The notes beneath the pieces are model-generated. The model was not told the origin of the DNA and ran no database searches. It worked only from the letters and a program-made list of their open reading frames with translations. This document shows positions 8,199-15,792 of a stretch of DNA of 33,988 nucleotides, piece by piece. Positions within the stretch are counted from its first letter, which is position 1; the number at the start of each line of letters is the position of its first letter. The DNA is taken from the sequence record OM401714.1. One strand, written 5' to 3'. The translations under genes were made by a program, and so were the position numbers.

Positions 8199-8603
8199 AT
8201 GGCAAAAGGAAGAACACCAAGATCATATAGTCAAAGATATGCAAAATGGAACGCTAAGTTTGTCTCATTTAGCAATCCAACTGTAGCTAGTACAATATTG
8301 TCAAATGTTGCACCAGTTGCACAACAAAATTTCCAAACTAATGTTCCCAAATTCACATCTGTAAATGAACAAGTTAGTGCAGTATTAAGTGAGTATGGAA
8401 TAACGGGGCCTAACAGAGCGATTTACCAAGGTTTCGGCCTTAAGGTAGCTAGAGCGCTTAATAGATTAGGCGGTGGGCCAGCACTTGTTAATATGATAAA
8501 CGGTTTGAAAGCATATTACATTTCAGCATTTAATGCAAATCCTACAGTATTGGATGCGGTAACTAATATAATTACTGGATCTCCTACTGGATATGTAAGC
8601 TAA
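8199..8603 (+). CDS. Major capsid protein (SIRV ORF134 family)
   Basis: MAKG...RSYSQRYAKW...SNPTVASTILSNV...GITGPNRAIYQGFGLKVARALNR...TGSPTGYVS, 134 aa. Confidence 0.98.
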   Translation: MAKGRTPRSYSQRYAKWNAKFVSFSNPTVASTILSNVAPVAQQNFQTNVPKFTSVNEQVSAVLSEYGITGPNRAIYQGFGLKVARALNRLGGGPALVNMINGLKAYYISAFNANPTVLDAVTNIITGSPTGYVS

Positions 8604-8639
8604 AAAAATTAATAATATCTTTTAAGCTATTTTATTTTT

Positions 8640-8813
8640 TTAATTTTCATTATCTGAAGTTTTTGTTTCTATATATTCATAGGTTCTTTTACTTATCCTT
8701 TTACAATCACTAATTTTGACACTTTGATGATATTTTTTCAAATGTGTAATCATAGCTTTTCTAGTTTTAGTTATTCTTTTACAAACTGGACATTCAAATA
8801 AGAACAGACCCAT
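8640..8813 (-). CDS. C2H2 zinc-finger protein (SIRV ORF55-like), 57 aa
   Basis: FECPVCKRITKTRKAMITHLKKYH. ATG 8813 fits TATA spacing better than the track start at 8831. Confidence 0.85.
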   Translation of the reverse strand: MGLFLFECPVCKRITKTRKAMITHLKKYHQSVKISDCKRISKRTYEYIETKTSDNEN

Positions 8814-8849
8814 ATTATTTTTTAATGTCATGACGTTTAAAAATTCTTC

Positions 8850-9857
8850 ATGAAAACCGTAATTTTGACCATGAATTATTCATCTATTCGTAACGTTAGT
8901 GAAGATATTGCACAAGTTCTTAGAAAAAATGGAGAAATTGTAACAATTTCAACAAATCCGTATTTAATTCCACAAAGTGATAAATTAATAATATTCATGC
9001 CATTTCATCCACCTTCACTAAATCCTTTTCTTTATACATTTAGAGAATTTAAAGGAAAGAAGTATTTTTATACTACTTGTGATGGTCAACCTAATATAAA
9101 TATTGTAAATCAATATTTATTAGAAAATATAACATTTATTCCAAATTCAAAATTTACAGCTCAAAATTTACAAGAAGTTGGCTTAAATGTTGATTTACCA
9201 GTTTTTCATGGTATAAATTTTGAAATTGTAGAAAAAGCTGAACAATTATCACAACAATTAAAACAAAAATTAGATAGAGATTTTCCAAATACTGTAAAAT
9301 TTGGAATTGTTAGCGGTTTAACTAAAAGAAAAAATATGGATCTCATGATAAGAGTTTTCCAAGAAATAAATACTAAAATTCCAGATTTGGCTAAGAAAGT
9401 TCACTTTTTTGTAATTTCGCATAAAGACTTTAAAAATTATGAAGTTCCCGAAAATGTGCATTTTGTCTCAGAATTTGGCTATAATCCGAGAGAATATATA
9501 TTTGCTTTCTACAAAATTATGGATTTTGTAATTGTGCCAAGCGGAACTGAGGGCTTTGGACTTCCAGTTCTAGAAAGTATGGCCATGGGAACTCCAGTTA
9601 TCCATCAATTAATGCCACCGTTTGACGAATTTACATCTTGGCAATGGAATTTACTAATTAAATCTTCAGAAGTTGAAGAATACTATGACAAAACTCATGG
9701 ACAAAAATGGAAAATTCATAAATTTGATATTCAAGATATGATAAACGCTATAATAATAGCTTCAGAATTGAAAGATAGAGATGAGAGAAGTAAAAATTTA
9801 AGAGAATTAGCTAAGAAATATAATATAGAAAATTTGTATGTTAGATTTTTAGAGTGA
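8850..9857 (+). CDS. GT-B (GT4-like) glycosyltransferase, 335 aa
   Basis: PSGTEGFGLPVLESMAMGTPVI (E-x7-E) motif. Confidence 0.93.
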   Translation: MKTVILTMNYSSIRNVSEDIAQVLRKNGEIVTISTNPYLIPQSDKLIIFMPFHPPSLNPFLYTFREFKGKKYFYTTCDGQPNINIVNQYLLENITFIPNSKFTAQNLQEVGLNVDLPVFHGINFEIVEKAEQLSQQLKQKLDRDFPNTVKFGIVSGLTKRKNMDLMIRVFQEINTKIPDLAKKVHFFVISHKDFKNYEVPENVHFVSEFGYNPREYIFAFYKIMDFVIVPSGTEGFGLPVLESMAMGTPVIHQLMPPFDEFTSWQWNLLIKSSEVEEYYDKTHGQKWKIHKFDIQDMINAIIIASELKDRDERSKNLRELAKKYNIENLYVRFLE

Positions 9858-9905
9858 TTTATATTTGTCATTTTTCATAACCTTACATTAAGGAGATGAT
9901 ATGAT

Positions 9906-10115
9906 ATGAGTTTTACAATTGAAAGAAAAGAAAATAAAATTTATATTACTTACGAAAGTCTCTATAATCAAATAGAATCAAATACTATAAATGTAGAAAT
10001 TGAAGCTAAAAAATTTGAAGAATGTGTTCAGAAATTTAGAGGTAAAACAACTGTAAATCCAGAATTAGAAGCTATGATAAGATTTGTATTTTATGGTGAT
10101 TGTGTTGAGTATTAG
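9906..10115 (+). CDS. Hypothetical 69-aa protein
   Basis: GGAG RBS and a TTTATATTTGTCAT promoter at ~9858-9871. Confidence 0.7.
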   Translation: MSFTIERKENKIYITYESLYNQIESNTINVEIEAKKFEECVQKFRGKTTVNPELEAMIRFVFYGDCVEY

Positions 10116-10350
10116 TCCTACTTTGTTCGCAATAAAAAATGGAAATAATATCAAATATTTTTGTGCAATATGTAATATAATGTTGGCTGAAGTTGAAGAC
10201 AATAAAATCAAAAATTTTCAATCATGTATTCATTTTCGTATAGAAAAATTCGGAAAAGAATATTATTTCCATAGATTTATAGGGTCTAGAAAAATAATTG
10301 CAAAAGATGATGATTATTTTTACTTGGTGATTCCAAATGACAAGGATTAA
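10093..10350 (+). CDS. Small CxxC...CxH metal-binding protein, paralogue of 32221-32484
   Basis: KYFCAICNIMLA...SCIHF and C-terminal FYLVIP. Start ambiguous (10084/10093/10102). Confidence 0.7.
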   Translation: MVIVLSISPTLFAIKNGNNIKYFCAICNIMLAEVEDNKIKNFQSCIHFRIEKFGKEYYFHRFIGSRKIIAKDDDYFYLVIPNDKD

Positions 10351-10400
10351 TTAATCGAAAAATTTATGTATGTCATAATATTCATAATTATTATGAGACT

Positions 10401-10526
10401 ATGAAGGAAGTAATAATCGAATGTAAAGATTTTACAAAATTTCATGTAAAAGAAAAAAAAGGTATGCAAATTCGAAATATAATACAAATGTGTCAAGATT
10501 TCGGTCTTGAGGTCAAGGTGTATTAA
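10401..10526 (+). CDS. 41-aa small protein (not in ORF track)
   Basis: MKEVIIECKDFTKFHVKEKKGMQIRNIIQMCQDFGLEVKVY. TATA+TGTCATA at ~10360-10378; ends 3 bp before the zinc-finger gene. Confidence 0.55.
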   Translation: MKEVIIECKDFTKFHVKEKKGMQIRNIIQMCQDFGLEVKVY

Positions 10527-10529
10527 AAA

Positions 10530-10829
10530 ATGCCGAAACAATATTACTGTTATATTTGTAAAACTACACTTGTTGGGAAAAAACAATTTAAAAAGCATGC
10601 ACAAATACATTTTCAGAATAATAGATGTCCTTATTGTAATATGAAAACTAATAATTTATCAATACATTTAGCATTTTATCATCTACAATTTAGAAGAAAA
10701 GCAATATTACTTAGAGATTTAGCAATTTTGTGTAAAGAAGCCAATACTACAAATATTCTTTATGATAAAGATTTAAAAATTGACAACTACGTTAAATTTC
10801 ACATAAAAAGAATGATGAATAAGTTATAA
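10530..10829 (+). CDS. Double C2H2 zinc-finger protein, 99 aa
   Basis: CYIC...HAQIH and CPYC...HLAFYH. Confidence 0.85.
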   Translation: MPKQYYCYICKTTLVGKKQFKKHAQIHFQNNRCPYCNMKTNNLSIHLAFYHLQFRRKAILLRDLAILCKEANTTNILYDKDLKIDNYVKFHIKRMMNKL

Positions 10830-10905
10830 TTCTTTTTTTTAATACTATTTCTTTTTTCGAATGCTTTATATCTGTCATACTACATTTTTTTGTTTACGTG
10901 AGAGG

Positions 10906-11100
10906 ATGGTAAACAGAATAGATATAATAAAAATGCAAATATTATTTAAATTAGAATATGAATTAATGAATGAATTAGTACAAAATAAGGAACTTAATAA
11001 TGAAGATATAGTTGATATTTTACTTTTAATAAAAAATATTTTAAATGAAATTGACAAAACACTTACAGTTTTAATAAGAACAACTCAAAAAAACGAGTAG
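10906..11100 (+). CDS. 64-aa helical hypothetical protein
   Basis: ATG 10906 after a GAGG RBS. The track start at 10861 overlaps the TATA/GTC promoter. Confidence 0.7.
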   Translation: MVNRIDIIKMQILFKLEYELMNELVQNKELNNEDIVDILLLIKNILNEIDKTLTVLIRTTQKNE

Positions 11101-11130
11101 AGAAGATATTTTAAAAATATTAGAAAAACT

Positions 11131-11352
11131 TTAACTTAATTTCTTTTTAATTTCTTCTATTTGTTGTTTTAGTTCATTCTGATTTATCTTTAATTCTTCA
11201 ATTTCTATTTTCAAATTTTGAAGTTCGGCATTTACTATCTCTTTTACTGCATCTTTTAAAGCATTCTTAATTTTTAAATAAAGTTGTACAATTGCGAATA
11301 ATGTAGTTGCAAATGTTGAAATTATAGTTAAAATAAGAGTTATTTCATCCAT
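11131..11352 (-). CDS. 73-aa TM + coiled-coil protein
   Basis: N-terminal hydrophobic helix and C-terminal heptads. Overlaps the end of the 122-aa ORF. Confidence 0.75.
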   Translation of the reverse strand: MDEITLILTIISTFATTLFAIVQLYLKIKNALKDAVKEIVNAELQNLKIEIEELKINQNELKQQIEEIKKKLS

Positions 11353-11713
11353 CTTTTTGACCCTCAAATATATCTTCTAAATTATCCAAATTTAAATTTT
11401 CATCTTCTTTGAATTTTTGGTGTACTGAATCTACTTGTTTCGCGTATGGTTGCGGATAAACTACGCGAAAATCTGAAATACCAATTCTATTAGTTTCGGG
11501 ATCTTTTACTATAAGAAATTGAAAATAGAAAGTAAAAGTAGGAATATATAAATCTACAACCATAGGTAATTCTGCATTTTTTAAAACAATAATTGAATGA
11601 GGTAAATATTTTGATAATCCATAAATTTGTCCTTGTAATTCTAATTCTCGAATCTTATCAATTGCAATTCTTACGGGGCCGAAAATATTCGCGAATTCAT
11701 CTTTAGTTTGCAT
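11345..11713 (-). CDS. Hypothetical 122-aa protein (probably rudiviral core)
   Basis: Long ORF with a normal residue composition in the core region. Confidence 0.75.
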   Translation of the reverse strand: MQTKDEFANIFGPVRIAIDKIRELELQGQIYGLSKYLPHSIIVLKNAELPMVVDLYIPTFTFYFQFLIVKDPETNRIGISDFRVVYPQPYAKQVDSVHQKFKEDENLNLDNLEDIFEGQKDG

Positions 11714-11762
11714 GATTATTTATTTTAAAAAACAAGAATAAATAAACTCAAAGCAAATTTGC

Positions 11763-11786
11763 CATATACATTATATTATGTATATG
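11763..11786. promoter_or_regulatory. Palindromic operator
   Basis: CATATACATTATATTATGTATATG, between divergent genes. Confidence 0.75.
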
Positions 11787-11862
11787 AGTTTGTTGATGAG
11801 TGTGTCAAACACAACCGAAAAATTTATATATTTCGAAAACGAATATTAGAATGGTGAAAAGA

Positions 11863-12216
11863 ATGAGAAGCCAAGAAAAGCAAATTAAGTCTCAAAATAA
11901 GTTACTTTTTTGTACTCTTTGTTCATACATAGCTGAGACTTCAGAAGAACTTAATCACCACATAAAAATGTTTCATGAGATTGATGATGATATTTCTGAA
12001 GAATTTGAAATTCATTTTGTTGACAAGAAAACATATGAGAAAATTCTTTATCGAGACTATTTAAATATTTGTAAAAATAATAGTTGTATTATAAGACGTA
12101 GAATAAATATTAAAGATGATAAAGAAGAAGTGAAAAGATTGTACAAAGAATATTGTTCAACATGTGTACTAAAAACGTTTCTTCAAAATGAATTGAAGAA
12201 AGAAGGAAAAATGTGA
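11863..12216 (+). CDS. C2H2 zinc-finger protein with extra Cys cluster, 117 aa
   Basis: CTLCSYIAETSEELNHHIKMFH plus C-terminal C...C...CSTC. ATG 11863 follows GGTGA. Confidence 0.78.
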   Translation: MRSQEKQIKSQNKLLFCTLCSYIAETSEELNHHIKMFHEIDDDISEEFEIHFVDKKTYEKILYRDYLNICKNNSCIIRRRINIKDDKEEVKRLYKEYCSTCVLKTFLQNELKKEGKM

Positions 12217-12354
12217 ATTTGTTAAATCTTTATTTTTTTATCTCTAATTTTTTTCATCTTTGTAATTTTATTTGATACTTCTTTTCAAACATTAATTGAA
12301 AAAAAGAAATAAAGATATCTTTAAATTTGTCATATTTTAAAATCATATATTGAT

Positions 12355-12570
12355 ATGAGCATAAAAGAAGTTGAGGAAGAAATAGTTAAGATAGCTCATG
12401 AATTTACGAAAAAATATGAAAGTGAAATTTTAGAATTAACAGAAGATGAACTAATTGCGTATATAAATTCGAAATTGGACTATGAATCCTGGAAATATTT
12501 TAATTTCTATCAACCAAAATTGTTAAGTCTTTTTGTAAAGACTGTAAAAGAAGATTTAGATAAATCTTAA
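12355..12570 (+). CDS. Acidic 71-aa hypothetical protein
   Basis: TTTAAATTTGTCATA promoter ~25 bp upstream, probably leaderless. Confidence 0.75.
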   Translation: MSIKEVEEEIVKIAHEFTKKYESEILELTEDELIAYINSKLDYESWKYFNFYQPKLLSLFVKTVKEDLDKS

Positions 12571-12594
12571 GCCAATATTTTTTTAATTTTCTTT

Positions 12595-13995
12595 TTATCT
12601 ATTTGCAATATTTTGAAAGTTTTTGTAGTAAAAAATTGATTTATATTGTTTAGCTTTTGCTGACTTTTGTGCTAACTTAAGTGAATTTTCAATTTTTGCT
12701 TGACCTTGTAATTTCTCTCCAAGTTGTTGAGCAAATTGTAAATCAGCATTTGAAATTCCGTAAAATGACCATTTTGTTCTCCAATAGTTAAGAAAATCAG
12801 AATATGATAATGTCCTTTTTCCAGAATTGTAACTATAATTTTGTTGATAAGGATATCTAGCAATTTCCAAAATTGCACTAGCTACCATTTTGGCATACCA
12901 AACGTTAGAATATTTTTTATTTACAATTCTTTGAATTTGTAGAAATTGTTCATATGAAACCGCATAATTTTCAATTTCAGAACTATAAGATATATTTTGT
13001 CCGCCCGGTGAAGGATCATATAAATGCAATTTAAATAAACTTCCAAATATTGAAATTATAGTTTTATCGGCTGTTAAAATAGAAACTAAATCTAATTGTG
13101 TGATATTATTAGGATTAAATTCTGGAATTAATATCGCGAAATCTAACGGTGTATAATCTAGAATCATTCCAAAAACGTTAGCAAAATTTTGTAAAATCAT
13201 TCCATTTTGTAATTGTACTTTATACTCTGTAGTATTTTGAGATTCTGGAACTAAAACACATCTATCGAGCCAACCAACATCTAGAGCAAATCCGCTATTA
13301 ATTATATCATTTAAATTGGGAACAAATGAAATTAAGAATTTAGCTAAATCTGGAAGTTGATTATAATTGAGATTTAAAGCATTTAATAAATCTCCAATAC
13401 CAGTATTTTGAATATTTGCTAAAGAATAATTGTCAACATTTGGAATTTGAGTATTTCCAATTCCTAAAGTTGGAAGATCAATACTAATATTTGAAGCTGG
13501 TAAACTATTAAAATATTGTTCTAGTTTTTCACATGCTTGATTTCTATTTATTATTGTATTTGCTGACTGGAAAACTGATAAATCAAAATATGTCTCATCA
13601 AAAATCGCTGGTTGATAAAGAACTGAGCAAAGTTCTACATAATAATCGTAAAGTTGTGTAGATTTATTAATAAACGCAAGACCAGAAGTTTGTCCATAAA
13701 TTGGACTTTGTCCTAATTGTAGAAAACTAAATGAATTTGTATTTGGATTAAATGTTGAAATTGCTAAATTGTTTAACGCAGAAAGTAAAGATGAAATAAT
13801 TGTAGCATATGCAATTCCATAATTTGTATTTATACCCGGAGGAATTTGAATAGTTTCAAGTGGTGTTGGTAAAACTGATGATACACCAGCGTTAAACATT
13901 GTCGAAAAAGCCGGAAAAGTATTTCTATTTAATACTTTTTGATAAAGATGATACTTCATAGATGCGATATTTCTATTCCCTACTTTCTTACCCAT
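12595..13995 (-). CDS. Minor virion protein (SIRV2 ORF488-like)
   Basis: Size, position next to GNAT/Hjc, basic N-terminus (MGKKVGNRNIASMKY) and an upstream palindrome. Track start is 14010. Confidence 0.8.
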   Translation of the reverse strand: MGKKVGNRNIASMKYHLYQKVLNRNTFPAFSTMFNAGVSSVLPTPLETIQIPPGINTNYGIAYATIISSLLSALNNLAISTFNPNTNSFSFLQLGQSPIYGQTSGLAFINKSTQLYDYYVELCSVLYQPAIFDETYFDLSVFQSANTIINRNQACEKLEQYFNSLPASNISIDLPTLGIGNTQIPNVDNYSLANIQNTGIGDLLNALNLNYNQLPDLAKFLISFVPNLNDIINSGFALDVGWLDRCVLVPESQNTTEYKVQLQNGMILQNFANVFGMILDYTPLDFAILIPEFNPNNITQLDLVSILTADKTIISIFGSLFKLHLYDPSPGGQNISYSSEIENYAVSYEQFLQIQRIVNKKYSNVWYAKMVASAILEIARYPYQQNYSYNSGKRTLSYSDFLNYWRTKWSFYGISNADLQFAQQLGEKLQGQAKIENSLKLAQKSAKAKQYKSIFYYKNFQNIANR

Positions 13996-14037
13996 AATTA
14001 TTATATTCACAAAATACAGATTTAAAACTTAATTCTA

Positions 14038-14055
14038 ATACATAATATAATGTAT
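14038..14055. promoter_or_regulatory. Palindromic operator
   Basis: ATACATAATATAATGTAT, about 10 bp from the TTTTAAA of the minor virion gene. Confidence 0.7.
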
Positions 14056-14129
14056 ATTAACTTTACATTTTGATCTCATCATATTCAATTCGTAAAGTAT
14101 ATATTTGTCATAATTTGAGCTATAAATAT

Positions 14130-14588
14130 ATGCAATTACAATTTAGAATAGAAGAAGCAAAAGATAGAGAATTAATAAAATTTGTAAGAATGCTTATCGA
14201 TTTCTATCATAGTAAAGGAATGCCTTTGGGCGGTGGAGCTGGAAAAAATAGCAGATATTTTATGTATTTAGCTAATGATGGAGAACAAGATTTTATAGTA
14301 GCAGTAGCATGGCTTCATGACAATACACCTTTCAAATATATAGCTCAGCAATATAAAATTCCAGATGGTAAGAGTTATTTTATTAGAAGAATTACTAAAA
14401 CAGTTCCAGGTGATTATGATGTTAATTTTCTAATTGATTTAGCTAAAAAACTAAAAAATGATGGATTTGAAGTACTTTGGACTTTAGGATTTCCAGGCCA
14501 TTCTAATGCTTTGTACAAGAAAGCGGGATTTGAAGAAGTTGGAAAAACAAATAGAACTGGTCACCCAATTTTCGTAAAAAAATTATAA
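14130..14588 (+). CDS. GNAT-fold acetyltransferase (SIRV2 ORF154-like), 152 aa
   Basis: FIRRI...LAKKLKNDGFEVLWT...SNALYKKAGFEEVG GNAT motif B. ATG at 14130. Confidence 0.85.
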   Translation: MQLQFRIEEAKDRELIKFVRMLIDFYHSKGMPLGGGAGKNSRYFMYLANDGEQDFIVAVAWLHDNTPFKYIAQQYKIPDGKSYFIRRITKTVPGDYDVNFLIDLAKKLKNDGFEVLWTLGFPGHSNALYKKAGFEEVGKTNRTGHPIFVKKL

Positions 14589-14864
14589 TTTCTGTTTTTT
14601 AATTTGATTTGCTACATATACAGATTCTATAATTGCAAGAAGCGTTTCAAGTTGAACATCATCATTTATAAGCATACCAAAAAAATATCCAAAGAAAATA
14701 ATTAAAGAATCCATACTTATTTTTTCATCTTTATAACTTTCTAACATATCATAAAAAGCATATTCTAGATAACTTACTTGTTTTTCTATAATTTTTAATG
14801 AATTTTCATCTGGATGAAAAGTTTCTTTGAAAACTTCTATTATTTTTCGTAAACCGGGATCCAT
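14583..14864 (-). CDS. Hypothetical 93-aa protein
   Basis: ORF with a TTTAAATTTGTCATA promoter shared divergently with hjc. Confidence 0.7.
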   Translation of the reverse strand: MDPGLRKIIEVFKETFHPDENSLKIIEKQVSYLEYAFYDMLESYKDEKISMDSLIIFFGYFFGMLINDDVQLETLLAIIESVYVANQIKKQKL

Positions 14865-14936
14865 ATATCATCAATATAAAAATTTTTATATGACAAATTT
14901 AAACATATATATGTCATAATTTTTAACTTTTATTTG

Positions 14937-15302
14937 ATGAATTTTAGACAATCTGGAAAATATTATGAATATAAAACTGTTGAATTTTTAGAAAAAAATG
15001 GCTATAAAGCTATAAGAATTCCAGTTTCTGGAACTGGAAAACAACCACTTCCAGATATTATAGCAGTTAAGAATAATACAATTTTTCCAATTGAAGTTAA
15101 ATCAACTTCCCAAAATTATATTATAGTTGAGAATTTTCAAATTGATAAATTGTTTAAGTTCTGTGAGATATTCAATTTTTGTAATTGTCAGCCTTTAGTT
15201 ATCGTGCATTATAAAAAATATAAAAATGTCATAATATATAATTTGAGTCAAGATGACAGAAGAAAAGAGAAAGTCAAACTTAAGTTCAGAAATAACGGCT
15301 AA
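14937..15302 (+). CDS. hjc: Holliday junction resolvase (Hjc family), 121 aa
   Basis: GKYYEYKTVEFLEKNGY...PDIIAVK...IEVKST PD-(D/E)xK motif. Confidence 0.95.
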   Translation: MNFRQSGKYYEYKTVEFLEKNGYKAIRIPVSGTGKQPLPDIIAVKNNTIFPIEVKSTSQNYIIVENFQIDKLFKFCEIFNFCNCQPLVIVHYKKYKNVIIYNLSQDDRRKEKVKLKFRNNG

Positions 15303-15462
15303 ACTGTATTTAGCTCTTGATGATTTAACTATGGCATTAGCAACTTGTGATGATGAAAATATTAGAAAAAGTGAAGTATTCCAAAAAGCTCTAGGAGTCG
15401 TGAAAGTTGTGAAAGAGATGAGAAAATTACAAGTAAAACAAGAAGGAGAAGAAAAATTATAA
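15253..15462 (+). CDS. 69-aa helical protein (SIRV2 ORF69-like)
   Basis: Follows and overlaps hjc, with its own TGTCATA at ~15227. Confidence 0.75.
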   Translation: MTEEKRKSNLSSEITAKLYLALDDLTMALATCDDENIRKSEVFQKALGVVKVVKEMRKLQVKQEGEEKL

Positions 15463-15681
15463 ATTACTATTTTTTTCAAATTCTTGAGATAACACTTTTG
15501 AGCTATATCTTTTTATCTAAAACTTTTTTCTATATAAACGTTTTTACGCTCTTTTTTTGCGTAAAATTACGTTAAGAAAAGTAAAAATCTCGAGAGATAA
15601 GAGTTTAAAAAGATTTCTTGTAAATTAACGCTTTGAGTTTATATAGTTATCATTACAATTTCTTAGCAAAATAATGAGAAA

Positions 15682-15705
15682 AAATATCATCTAGAGAATT
15701 GAAAG
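15682..15705 (+). other. Solitary CRISPR-repeat-like 24-mer (no array)
   Basis: AAATATCATCTAGAGAATTGAAAG: exact ATTGAAAG 3' handle and 17/20 matches to the 3' part of the Sulfolobus repeat ...ATCTACTATAGAATTGAAAG. Confidence 0.35.
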
Positions 15706-15792
15706 AACTTTTATGCTTGTATTTTTTTACATAAAACAATTTTTACTTTTACAACAACATTTATAATTTTATAATATACACATAATAATAAT

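Noticed and set aside
9763-9774. AGAATTGAAAG resembling a CRISPR repeat end
   Set aside because: Lies inside the glycosyltransferase coding sequence (codons S-E-L-K). Counted as a chance match and used as a caveat for the 15682 site.
10347-10610. 87-aa minus-strand ORF
   Set aside because: Antisense to the 41-aa and zinc-finger genes and their promoter.
10875-11057. 60-aa minus-strand ORF
   Set aside because: Shadow of the 64-aa gene.
12672-12878. 68-aa minus-strand alternate-frame ORF
   Set aside because: Nested within the minor virion gene, with no start signals.
15195-15479. 94-aa minus-strand ORF
   Set aside because: Antisense to hjc and the 69-aa gene.
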